From Mizuhopecten yessoensis (taxonomy: Eukaryota), in contig NW_018408787.1 of NCBI RefSeq assembly GCF_002113885.1, positions 898,314 to 962,313 on the forward strand: DNA of 64,000 bases, given 5' to 3'. The position numbers and the translations under genes were made by a program. The notes under the pieces were generated by a model that was not told the DNA's origin, made no database searches, and saw nothing but the letters and a program-made list of their open reading frames with translations. How positions within the stretch are numbered: position 1 is the stretch's first letter; every line of letters starts with the position of its first letter. This document shows, piece by piece, positions 52,110-63,773 of the stretch.

Positions 52110-52990
52110 GAATACCAAAGTCCTTTAGGAAACAGTGATCACAGCGTGCTTCTATTTAAGATAGAAAGCAGCACCTGACAAAAGAAAATGATACAAAAAA
52201 AGCGAACTTTGATGTCATAAACAGGAACATTCAAGAACTAGTTTGGAATGAACTTTAGCCAAATTCTAGAAGTTAAGATGGACATTTGGTTATAGTTTAA
52301 AAAATGTTTGAATGACATTGAAGAAATACATGTAACAACAAAAGCCGTCTGGATTACAATAAAACAGTTAGCACCACTTCCCGGTAAACAAAGACACACT
52401 GCAGAAAATAGGCTCGGAATGGCTAATTAAAATGCATCCAGGAAAATGTAAATATATGTATATTGGACGATTGAGGGAGCCAAAGAATGTAAGGTCAAAA
52501 TCATACAACCTACAATGGAAACTCCTGGAAACATCGGTCAAGGAAAAGATCATTGGATTTGTCATTTATAAATCACTACACGTTGAAGACCACATAAGCG
52601 AAAGGGTTAAAGAACAAACTCGATGCTTGCCATTATTAATCCCAAGTTTTAGACTACGCAGCATCCGTGCTACTCGTCAAATGTCTTGTAAGGACACAGT
52701 TGGAATACGCAGGAACAGTATGGTCACCGTACAAATTCAAATACGTAGACAAACTGGCAAGCGTACAACGTCACGCTACGAAATATCTACCGGGGATGAA
52801 CGACTTAAAATATCCTGAAAGATTAAGGAAATACAATCTACCAACATAAGCATATATGAGACTTCGAGGGGACATGATTGAAATGTACAAGATTGTAAAC
52901 AGAATTTACGATAGATAGGCATGTACTTTTGATAAGCTGTCGAGTGAGGAATCAGTCAGAAATAGTACAAGAGGAAACCCGACAAAAATA
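52110..52990 (+). mobile_element. Decayed CR1-group LINE fragment with the RT core deleted
   Basis: SPLGNSDH (end of APE), WLIKMHPGKC, LVRTQLEYAGTVWSPY...VQRHATK...YPERLRKYNLPT and RLRGDMIEMYKI. Confidence 0.85.
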
Positions 52991-54717
52991 GTCCCAGATA
53001 GGAAGGGCATTAAGGTAAAAACTTAAACTAAACTTAAAATAAATTTAAACCAATTTGTAGAGGGAACAGTTATTATTTGGAAATATCAAGATCGCAAGAT
53101 CTTACTTTTATAAATTGGATGCATGCATTGAATCAAAAGATTATCACACCAAATTCAATAGATATAGCTTTACATGTAATATATACATCTCTAAACCAAG
53201 TAAGATAACTATATAGAAAATTAAAATAATTATAAATATCTTTAAATGTATCAGATACACCTCATATACTAGTAATAAGGATTAAATGAGATATCATTAT
53301 TATCTATCAGATAGCTTCTTAGAAAAACAGAGATATCTCCATTATTTCATAAGATATATCAAAACGTATTAGAGACATCTCTTCAGGTATAAAAAGTAAG
53401 TTAGCTTGCCATATAAGGCAATCACGTGCAGAGCTATATTAACCTACATATATCAGCAAAGGGGCGCTAACTCTGCAGGGAAGATCTCTTCATTGTTGTC
53501 TAGAGGAGGGCCACATCTTTCAGTGAATTTCATTTCATTCTTTAACTCAATTATGTAGATTGCGTGAAACCTGTAATCCACTCTTCTTTCAATTATCTGA
53601 ATATCCATTTCGAGCCTGAATTATTGAATATTGACGGAACTGATTCCGACACGTTCTGTGACATTCACTTCATACTAAATAGGCTTAATACATCGTTAAT
53701 GAAAGCGTTCGGTCATCCAAACACATAGGCTTTATATAGCATATTTCAGTTATGTGACAGCCATATTATTAAGCAGAAAAAAGGGAAATAAACAGTGAAC
53801 GGAACTTAAAATTGATACCAACAGAGAAATTACCTTTCTTGCATCTAAAACATGTTATATCACGGCTCTTTGTCGTTACTTACCAGGCCGTATAATTGAA
53901 AAATCCAAGTGCGAGCTTGAAGATGAAAAGGAAGATGACATAGATGATATACGATTTTAGACCCATAATGGACTTTACATTAGATAAAAGAGATGAAATA
54001 TAGAGATCTATGGATTCAGCGTCAGTTTTGATTGCTAGGCACCCAGCAATTAACATTCCCTTTGACATAACAATTTCTATGACGTCACAATAAACAATGC
54101 GTCATAGTTACCAAAGGGTCGTCTGCAGGGGGTCCACATTGTAGCATGTTTGGTAACTCCTCCCAAAGAGAAAGCATATCACACCTGTGCTCTATTTATT
54201 GCACTGGTTACTTGTGCGATACAGGTCGCAGTAAAAACAAAAATGTGTACACAATGACATGCAAGGCAAAGAATTGGACAGCTCCCCAGTTCAGCCGTCA
54301 CTGCGGTCGGGACAGAATCATTGTTGTGTCTCCCAAAATCACGTCCTGTGACCTATGGAAACCGGTGTTGTGCGATGGTTTCGGCCACGTTGTGAAGTAG
54401 CTTACATGTACCAATTGCTATCAAGATGTCAAATACCCTGGCCAAATTCAAAAATGATATTAAGATCCATATCTTCACGTCTCAGCATATTAGGCTCTTT
54501 GCACATACGTCATGTACACACCACCCCTTATATATTCATTTATAGGCAAATTGAGATAATTGTCTGGTTACTTAATGTATAGTACTGTTTTGTATGCCCT
54601 TTATATCCATTATTTCTAAAACTGTCACTGCCAAAAAATATTATTTATGTGTTGAAATGCGCCTAAGAGTAATTTCACAAGTTATATAGGGCGCTATATA
54701 CATGTATTTATTTCTTT

Positions 54718-54792
54718 TTTATTTCATCATATTTTATTGAGTAAACAATAGGATTGAACAGCAGGCTAGGCCTATATAAGTTCTCTCCTTAG
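54718..54792 (-). mobile_element. CR1-group LINE 3' tail remnant
   Basis: Minus strand reads GGAGAGAACTTATATAGGCCTAGCCTGCTGTTCAATCCTATTG...AATAAAATATGATGAAATAAA. Confidence 0.45.
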
Positions 54793-56485
54793 GTTGACAT
54801 GACAAAGACAAAGATGAATGAAATGGTTTGTAAGAAAATATTGATGCAAATCATATATAATAGGTAGCATAGACATATATATATATAAATAGCAGATGGT
54901 ATAGGGGAGATAATTCCATGTATGTTTCAATTACATATACATATTTAATTGAGATTTTTAGCGATATAAGGCTCATATTAAAAAGTCAATCATAATTAAT
55001 TAGTAATAGGAAAGCAATGCCCTAATGACATATTAAACAGGGAAATTGCTACAATTTTTTTTTTTTTTTTTGCAAGTCATTAGTGCCCCCTGTTCATACC
55101 CTGCTGCTGTTGCATGAAGTAGTTAGAAGTATAGAACCATTTAGTATCAATATATATATCATTGGTAGGAGTGATAAAAAGTAAGGGATACAACAACATC
55201 AAAATATGAAAAAATAAAATGAGGCAAATCAGCTAGAAGATTTTGATAATGTAGTATCTGTGTAAGATGTATTGCCAGTGTTCTATGTGTAAAACTTTCA
55301 TCCCATCGAGTTTCAGACTAAAAGTCTCTAACGGCCTCTACTGTTCACATATCATCCAATCGAGAGGAATCCAGATTAAACCACAGAACACTAAGCATTC
55401 AAACTTAGCACATTTATGTTTTACTTTATTGCACCCATCAGTAAAAACAGCACACAAAGCTTAATCCGTTAGGTGTATAATATTAAAACATCAATGTATA
55501 TATAACAAGCAGTAGAATCACATAATGGTTTAAGGACAGTATTTTATCATTTATGACTATATATAACAAAATTTATAGATTGTTTTAATTAGTTAAACAA
55601 GTCTTCTTGTGTTGTATATATATTTTAGAACACTATCAAGTATAGATTTATTTTCAGTATTGTATAACACAGTGCTTCCATTAAGAAGTGTTTTAGTATC
55701 AAGATTAACCGGACACACTTAAAAAATCTCATTTATTAAAGTTTGTCTCTCATTAGTATACATTGGACATTGTGAAAGATAATGTGTAGAGTTTCATAAG
55801 CATATATACATGTAGATGTTGTATACTATTTTAAAGAATAATCTGCTGTAGGCCTGGACAGTGTAAATAACGTTTCTTACTTGCGAATCTGAGGTACTTG
55901 CCGTTAACTCACCGTGGTCGACATCATATCTTTAGTCTACGACTACTATTTACGCATCTACTGGTGTTAATTTCACACACTCCTAGTCTGTAGTTTACTT
56001 AGCCGGAGTAATTATACAATTAAACGTGTTCTTAAACATCCGGGGTAATACCTGCAATGTCGATGGACACATTCCGGTTTCTGAGTCTGAAGACAGAAAT
56101 AATACAGTTGTATAGCTTGTCGAGTTAAACTTCCCTGAGCTGCAATCTCTGCATTCGTTTTCGCCAATCCTGTCGTATGGATGATATCGAGTTATAACTT
56201 CCTAACATGCCGCAATGGCCAAGTGATTTTTATATTATTTTTTTTATTAAGATTTGTAATCAAACCTTGAGGAAGGACTTGTTTATACTTTTATCATTTA
56301 CTAAATTTGCCATTTGATCAGCAAACATCATCTCTACGTTCTCCAGCGCTCTAATGCAGATAACTTAGAAACAGACGTATCGTGTAATTTCTAATTGATT
56401 ATTTTCCTTCCAGTATTTGCTTTGAGTTATTTCCTAAACGGTAGAAATAAATCCGCATTTTGTTTTTCTATATTAGATATATGAA

Positions 56486-56620
56486 TGTATAGTTTTGTAT
56501 GTGTTAGGCGATTTGAACTTGTCTGAGTCAGACAATGTATAGCTTTGTAAGAATTAGGCGATTTGAACTTGTCTGAGTCAGACATGTATAGTTTAGTATG
56601 TATTAGGCGATTTGAATTTG
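56486..56620. repeat. ~50-bp tandem repeat, about 2.5 copies
   Basis: TGTATAG...TTAGGCGATTTGAACTTGTCTGAGTCAGACA. Confidence 0.8.
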
Positions 56621-57487
56621 TACTCGTATATATGATCATTGGGATGATTTTTTTTTACCGAAAGTCGATCTAAACCCCTAAAACATGTAAAATTACGCTT
56701 AACACCTAAGTTTAGGTCCAAATGTAGCTGTAAGAAATTCAGGTCCCTGTGCTTGGTACTAGAGTCTTTTCAATATTTACGTACGAATCTGTAGAAAAAT
56801 GTCAAAATTTAATGAAACCTTAACATGGTGTCCCGATATTGTCCTCTGTTGATAAAAGCAGTCGTCACAACTCGGCAGATTCCGTACCTTTACATACGTA
56901 TTTATGTAAGGGTACCGGGATCAGTGTGAGATTAGCTGTTTGTTGAAAATAGATCATCTGGTCACCTTTTTTGTTTTACGTGATCGACATCTAATGGTAT
57001 TCTGATAAATTTATCGGTCCAACCGTCCCGTCAATGCATCCACCTGTCCGTCTGTCATTTTCTCCGTAACATAAGCGACGTACAGAAAAGACTGATTTGA
57101 TAATTTTAAAGTCATCTCGCCCGGTTTGTCAAAAGGTGGCTAAATCTCCACCAGTTTTTGAATTCACTAACCACTTGTTGAAATTGCGTTGCTCGAAGAT
57201 TGACCTCATTTTAAAAGTAAATATAGATAATAAAAAAAACTTGTTGCAGTTGGTTAATTCATTAATTAACAGTTAGAAAATAACAATGGTGAAACATGTC
57301 AACATAAAATTTAAACCACGGTTAGAGCTGTTTTGTACAACAATTGAATTGGAAAATAGACATTAGCGAAGGGAGTACGGGACATAACTCTTGCTCACAT
57401 TAGACTACTTAGGCGTTTGGAGTTCTCTCCCTTTGTACCACCTGATGTTTTTAATATTATTTTCTCGCGCCGTGGTTGTAACACACT

Positions 57488-58096
57488 CAATATAATTAAA
57501 ATTATATCTTCACATCGCTCCCGTTTACTGATATGTCGCGTTGAAGATCTAACAACATCCCGTAGAGGATCATGTTCAGGCGACCTTTGCATTAAACAAT
57601 CAGATGAGAGCTTACGCATTTCTGTAAGTGATTATGTAATGATTTCGGAACACTCTTGCTATGATAAAAGACCGAGAGGTGTCAAACGAGCATCGAAAAT
57701 GGAGGCGCCCATGACACCACGCCGTGTCTATCTACAAGACAACGTTTGTACAATTTGTGGATTTTGCTGACTTCCTCTTCTGGTGATGTTGTCGTTTAAA
57801 AGTGTAACAACCTGAAACTAAAATTAACCAATGACAGGCCTCGCAATATTCAAACAATCACTGGACCAGACGAAAAAGTGGATTTTGGGCTACGAGGTGT
57901 CTGCATTAAATGCTACAGGTCCTGCTTTCTGATTGGTTTAAAGAAAGAGTTATGTCGCGTTTTGATTGGCTTGTTATAAATACGATAATGCATTCATGTT
58001 GACCTCTGACGTGACCCTCTACGGGATGTTGTTAGATCTTCCACGAGACATATCAGTAAACGGGAGCGATGTGAAGATATAATTTTAATTAGATTG
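57488..58096. mobile_element. Non-autonomous DNA transposon (609 bp) with ~85-bp TIRs, a 9-bp TSD and an internal Cys-motif coding remnant
   Basis: TIR CAAT(A/C)TAATTAAAATTATATCTTCACATCGCTCCCGTTTACTGATATGTC...; TSD TAACACACT at 57479-57487 and 58097-58105. Confidence 0.88.
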
Positions 58097-58859
58097 TAAC
58101 ACACTACTTGAATTGATTGTTTTACTTGTTACCAAATACCACATGCCTCTTCAGATATTAAAAGACAACAGTGAAAATAATGAATAATACAATGTAGGTA
58201 ACACTTTCAGATACTGTTATACCGTCTACTGGGATAGCTGGGAGGTGGTGCCTATCTTGTTGCTCTGTTCCTACCGAACAAAACTGGTATTTAAACTTTG
58301 TAATAGTTGTATCTAAAGAATGTTGAACATTTTATAACCTCGTGTTTATTTTTTAAGATTTGCTTTGTTAAATGGAATTTGAGCTCAAAAATGTCACAAA
58401 TATACCAATGATCTGGCTTCAAAGCTTATTAGCAATGTATAAAGGTGAGAAGCTCACAGATAATATATTGTAAATCTCTCATGTCTGGCGAGACGTCTGT
58501 CCTAACCCCTTCTTACGAGACATCTATCCTCAACCCAACTCACGAGATATTTATTTTCACGAGACATCTATTTTCACCAAACTCATGAGTCTTATTTTCA
58601 CGAGACATTTATCCTCATCCCAACTCACGAAACATATATTTTATCGAGACATCTTTCCTCATCTCAACTTCTAGAAGATACTATCTTGAACCCTAATATC
58701 GCACGACCACGTATTCAAAACATGTAGCGGTCGCTGTACTCTTAGTGAATCATAATCCTCGTGAAAATAGACAAGTGCTCGCTTAATCTAAATGATTCAC
58801 AGTACACGAGCAGAATACGAAATTAAAACCTGAAGTCAATCATAAAATAATTGCAACAA

Positions 58860-61750
58860 AACTATACGCTATAAATAAATCAAAGCGTTTACCAGTTATT
58901 ATATAGGGATATTAACATGTCATGGTTAAGGATATAGTTGATTATTCACATGCTGATTATGAAAAGTTCTTTTTACACAACCAATACAATTTTCTATGTG
59001 ACGTTTCAATGACTAGTTGTTCAATGACCAAATTGTTTCACTAAACATGCACCCACTAAAAGGATGTTGTTGGGTTTCATGTACTTCTTTACAAAAGTTA
59101 CATAGGCCATTTGATTTCTGCACTTGTTTAAGTTTATATTCAATGGTTAAAATTCTGTGTAGTCTTCTCGACTGAAAATCTTTGATTTTCCTGTCAATTA
59201 TAGTGTTATTTATAGAGAGTCGGATGGCATTCCAGTCTAATGCAAAAAGATCATTCCATTTCTGAAGGGATTTTCTCTCTTTAATATTTTGATATAATAT
59301 ATATTTAATCATTTTGTTAAAACATGGCTTAAATACTGTTGAAATAAGTGAAAACTAAGTAATATGAAATTTAAAAGCACTCTTATTGTTTTCATTATTA
59401 TTTTGTAGCATGTTTTCCCACCCTGACGGAAAGGCCCCTCTGATTTTTGGAATTCCGATATCCAGTTATGTTTACTTTTTAACTTTTTCATTAATTGTTC
59501 TGATGAAATAAAGTTATTTTGTTCAACATTCAAGATGTGTTTTATCTTTGTTATTCCACTCCTTGCCCAATTTTCTGAAAAAAGTGGACTATTTTTAATA
59601 ATAAATCATGACTCCCAAATACATTCTGGTTAAGGACATCTTCTGCACCATCTTCGCTAGCCAAGTGTTCGCTTCGTATACACTCCACTTACCCTAGGCG
59701 GATATAGCCGTGTTTTCATAATTCCCTCCACTGCCACCTAGCGGATATATACCGAGTTATCGCTCTTCTCCCATTTTTTTTTTAACCAATCATAATGACC
59801 GTTACATACAACTCCATCGGCGTGTTGACAATAGCACGTGTATGTCGAGGCGGAGTATAAATGACAGAGCAATATGTAAACAATCCAAAGGCAGCACACA
59901 TATTTTCCCAGGTCATCATTTACATGTGGCACGTAGTCAAGGATTTCCACCAACTGATTTAAAACTCCAGAAGCTTCCCCAAAGATCGTGCGCCTATTTT
60001 TGGGGGGCTAAACACTCTGACATAAACGAAAACGTGCTTCCGTAAAGGGCATCGCCATTACTGTTTTCCTTCGTCAACAGAGCTATATGTAAGACGCGAT
60101 TTCATTGGATACGAGCGATTGGCAGCGCACGAAAATTTGAAGGCTCGGTAAACACGGCTATATCCGCCAAGGGTAATTAAGGGGAGTGTAAACGAAGCGA
60201 ACACTTGGATAGCGAAGATGCTTCTGCACTACTTATCGATACTTTTTCAGCAGTTTTAGCACCTAGTCAGGTGACGTTATCGGCGCTATTTTTAGCAGGG
60301 CTTTCCCGAACAATTCAAGTGGTCAAACTGGACATTTGGAACGGACTATGAATATGGGGATAGCGAGGTAACATAAGTGGAAGTGCATACAATACATACA
60401 TTCATTAAAAAAAATACGGCTCTTCACGTGATGTCCCTTTAACCAGTGAAAAATATTTCTTCTTTTCACATATTCATTCAAACCATTGACATTGATAGAT
60501 GTAAGTTTAAGAAGCATGAGCAAATTGCATTAGTATTAGAAATAAAATTCACTATTTTTTTTCTTTTTTTCTTCTATAAAAAGTAATGTTCATCTGTGAT
60601 CAGAAAAATATACTGTACTCGCAGTTCGTAAGTTCATGTTTCTGATTGTTCATCGTCCTTTACCCTACCCTATTTGGAGATTCCTTCTAAATGACTCGAA
60701 GAGGCAACACTAATAGTCCTCTTTTTCGATCCTTTAATGGCCAGTATATGGACCTGAAACATCTTGGCTCCATGTGGGCTGATGTGAATGCCAGTGGCAT
60801 CATTTTGATCATAACATAACTTGATGGGAAGTCCTTTACTGATGAAACCCTTTTCTAGCTCCATATAATGACGATTTGTTTTTACACACAGTTTTCTCAA
60901 AATTGTTCAAACTGGCAATGGCATTGTTAATTGTTTCACTCTGTACACTTTTCCCTCACTTGGGTAGGATACTACACAGTGACCTTGTAAAATGAAATCT
61001 GACTTTTTCGACTGTTGTGAAGTTGATGGTGATGTTGTCAATGTTGGTGCTTGTGTTTTTGTTAACATTATTTGCACCTAGATGTACCACCACATCATCA
61101 ACCGCCTCACAATCTATTGCTGGGTTTTGGTCACACATCTGCAGAAGTTCCTCCACCTTGCCTACTGTTGTCCTCATTTGGACACAATTTTCATAAATGG
61201 GTCCGGTATCTCAACCCTGTTGCAGTTAGAAGCACCAAGTATAACTGATGTAATCCCTGGTTTGGGTACAGGTGCGCTCTTGGGTGGAAGTGCACGTGGT
61301 GCAGATACCCTCTGGTCTTGTTGAGTAGAATGTCCATGACCTGGGTCAAGGTCACTATCGCATTTACCCTGGCTAGAACTGCAGGTATTCAGGTGATTTA
61401 CCTGTGCTCTATTGTCCTCACTCAGTACACTGTGACCAGATGCTGGTTGCACTTTCTTTTCAGATCTGGCTCTGGGCAGTCTCTCACTAGGTGAGCTGTA
61501 CTCTTACACCTGTGATACTGTCTTTGCACTGTAGGTTTCATGGGTCACCGAAGAAGGGGTGATCTGTCCTATAACAAAATCGACACTCAGTTCTGTTGTT
61601 GTCTGCATACAATTTTACAGAATAGCTACCAAATTTAGTTTCATTTGGAATCACTATTTTTGCATTTAGTAATTGCACATATCTCACACCAGTTTTGACC
61701 TCTGAGTCATTCAATGTTCCCCTTTTCAAACTCCCTTGGATATCAAAGCT
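58860..61750 (-). mobile_element. Decayed Tx1/L1-group LINE with large internal deletions
   Basis: ORF1 motifs KTGVRYV, CRFCYRTDH, degenerate knuckle YHRCKSTAHLVRDC and SGNH blocks; ORF2 start LTSINVNGL..KRRNIFHWLK at 60517; C-terminal NWARSGITKI and zf-RVT CNFCKEVHETQQH...C; RT core absent. Confidence 0.85.
59649..60220. mobile_element. Non-autonomous DNA transposon (572 bp) with a 9-bp TSD, inserted in the Tx1/L1 ORF2
   Basis: TIR CATCTTCGCTA(G/T)CCAAGTGTTCGCTTCGT(A/T)TACACTCC...GGCGGATATAGCCGTGTTT; TSD CTTCTGCAC at 59640-59648 and 60221-60229. Confidence 0.92.
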
Positions 61751-61941
61751 TGTGTTCCTAATGCCTTAACACCTCTTTTTAACAACGGGGCTGCAGCCTT
61801 AAATAAACCGCTGAATATCGAACCCAGACCGCGACCTCTCTGCATTCGACTTCCGGCGAAAACGTTGTTTCCGCTACCTGCTTGATCGAGATAATACCGA
61901 TCGAACCCATAAGGATCGCTTCTGTGTGGAGGATGTCTCAT
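61745..61941 (-). pseudogene. Polinton small basic protein with QxGxG motifs and an amphipathic segment; 3'-truncated
   Basis: YYLDQAGSG..VFAGSRMQRGRGLGSIFSGLFKAAAPLLKRGVKALG, the pattern typical of the ORF downstream of the Polinton penton gene. Confidence 0.75.
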
Positions 61942-62032
61942 CTTGAACTCTTTGAAATATTATCGTAGATCTTCGTGGATCACTGCAGATTTCTGTTGCT
62001 TACTGTCGTTTGGACGCGTATATATAACATTT

Positions 62033-62772
62033 TTAGGGAAAGTCTAAGGGTCTTCTTTTGAAATGTAGCGTCATCACTACTTTGCCAGTCTCGAACGGTA
62101 CGGGTGCACCCGTGTCGTCTCTCAGCGTGTGTTCCACTTCTTGAAATTGACGTTGTTGTAAAGGTACGTAGTGTACGGGATCAAATACTTTACACACCGT
62201 GTCGTCAGGTTTGCCTTCTATCGGAACGATGCGTAAAAGCGGAGCTCCCGTATCTCCGACCATTCTCGCTTCTACGAGAGGACAGTAAGCGTGCAGAGAA
62301 TACAATCCTCTTCAAACGTCGCCTTTGAATTCCGCCGTGTGAATTCTGCCCACGAATTCTTGTCTTCTAAATCTGAGCATTTCGCTTAAAGCCCGAGTGA
62401 GGTATACGTACACGTTAACCCTGACTTTGTGATCGTGTTCGTGAACGTAAAAGCTAAACCGATCGCCGTGAGACATCATTCTTTTAGCATTTCCATGTAC
62501 TTCAGCACTCTTTTCATCGAGGAATAATATCCTTCCAGTATGTCTATCGCCAATCCGGGACTTGCCGCGTTACCCTCTCCCAGTGATAACTTCAGCCGAC
62601 CTTCGCCGCGTTTGTCGTTATACCTCAGATGTGAATAGCGTACCTCGGCTAATCCCACCTCCAGATTTCCTTTCAGATCTAAGGGTTGTGACAACCGCGT
62701 CGTAAAAGAGGTTAAAGTGTTTTCCGGGTAGTAATCCATGCTACTGTTACTTGGTAACGTCAGATAAAACAT
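62033..62772 (-). pseudogene. Polinton minor capsid protein (penton, PX), disrupted
   Basis: FYLTLPSNSS..YYPENT..SFTTRL..PLDL.G..EVGL at the N-terminus; VGDT.APLLRIV, P.HYVP, LRDDTG.PVPF..GKV..TLHFKR at the C-terminus; frameshift near 62480 and nonsense near 62313. Confidence 0.88.
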
Positions 62773-62995
62773 CTTTATGTCTACGTTTGACGGACGGATT
62801 TGGAAGTACGTAACCTAGACTCTTCCTCAGGAGAGTGATCCACAACTCCGTGTGTCCGTTTGAAAACGATAAGTTGATTATACAACCTACGACTACCGTG
62901 TACATTACGACGACTTGAACGAAAAACAATATTTCTCCTTTTGGTATTCTTTCGTCAAACACGGGCCACCTAGCATCGCTGTATGTTTCCGACAT
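62747..62995 (-). CDS. Polinton-associated small hydrophobic (membrane) protein, 82 aa, frame intact
   Basis: EILFFVQVVVMYTVVVGCIINL...WITLL..SLGYVLPNP; overlaps the penton start by 26 nt. Confidence 0.6.
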   Translation of the reverse strand: MSETYSDARWPVFDERIPKGEILFFVQVVVMYTVVVGCIINLSFSNGHTELWITLLRKSLGYVLPNPSVKRRHKDVLSDVTK

Positions 62996-63038
62996 TTCTT
63001 GTAAGTAGCTTTGGTGACTCGCTTAACTTATAAGGCGA

Positions 63039-63773
63039 CTACCTTTGTTGTTTTCGCACTGTAGACGGAGTGTGGAACGAGGAGAGAAAACCGCTGTTGT
63101 CGTCGTCTTCGCTCCACGTTTCGGGTATGTTACGTAACTCGGACCTGCGCTCGGGAGTTTGAGCGGTTCTCCTAGTCGGCGTGGCGGGCGACAGTCTTTG
63201 CATTCTTGAGGTGTACGTCTTATTACTTATCCAACTTTGGGATGCATTCGGGCGTTTGAGTGCACCCAGGAATTCGTCGATACCCTTAGGAGCCACGTGC
63301 TTGAGTGCAGTTGGGCGTGCGGCATTGCCTACTAAATCCACCAGATTCGAACCTGGAATCACGGAGCTTCCTTTGTATCCGAATTCGTCACAATCGTTCC
63401 ATTGAATGACGTCTTTTAATCTTCCCAACAAATTTTTAATTTAAGAATGAGCTCCACGCGGAACGCTTTCTAAAATGACATTTTCTATGGGGTCGACTTC
63501 GTTTGAGGATTCTACCTGAGGCTCGGTGGCCGCGTAAGGCGTCAGTGCCTTCGTAGTACTGCCTTTACCTAAGAATTCTCTATAGCGATCGACGTATTTC
63601 CTAAGTTGCTGATCGGATAACGTCACTTTATGGCTGTCGGCCATGTCCAGCCTATCTAACGTCCTATACATTTCTCCGTTCAGAGCGTTCAGCTACATCA
63701 CGAACGTCGAGACGGGCGGTTTGGGTCTAGAGTGCACGTCGCGTCCAGACATGACCACGTGACGGATTCTCAT
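63039..63773 (-). pseudogene. Conserved Polinton uncharacterised protein (W...G..IPGSN..DL family) with two in-frame nonsense codons
   Basis: ATG at 63773 overlaps the upstream TGA (ATGA). ORFs 63441-63671 and 63039-63431 share its frame, with stops at ~63693 and 63441. Motif IQWND..EF.YKG..IPGSNLVDLV...PKG...F..AL...N. Confidence 0.75.
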
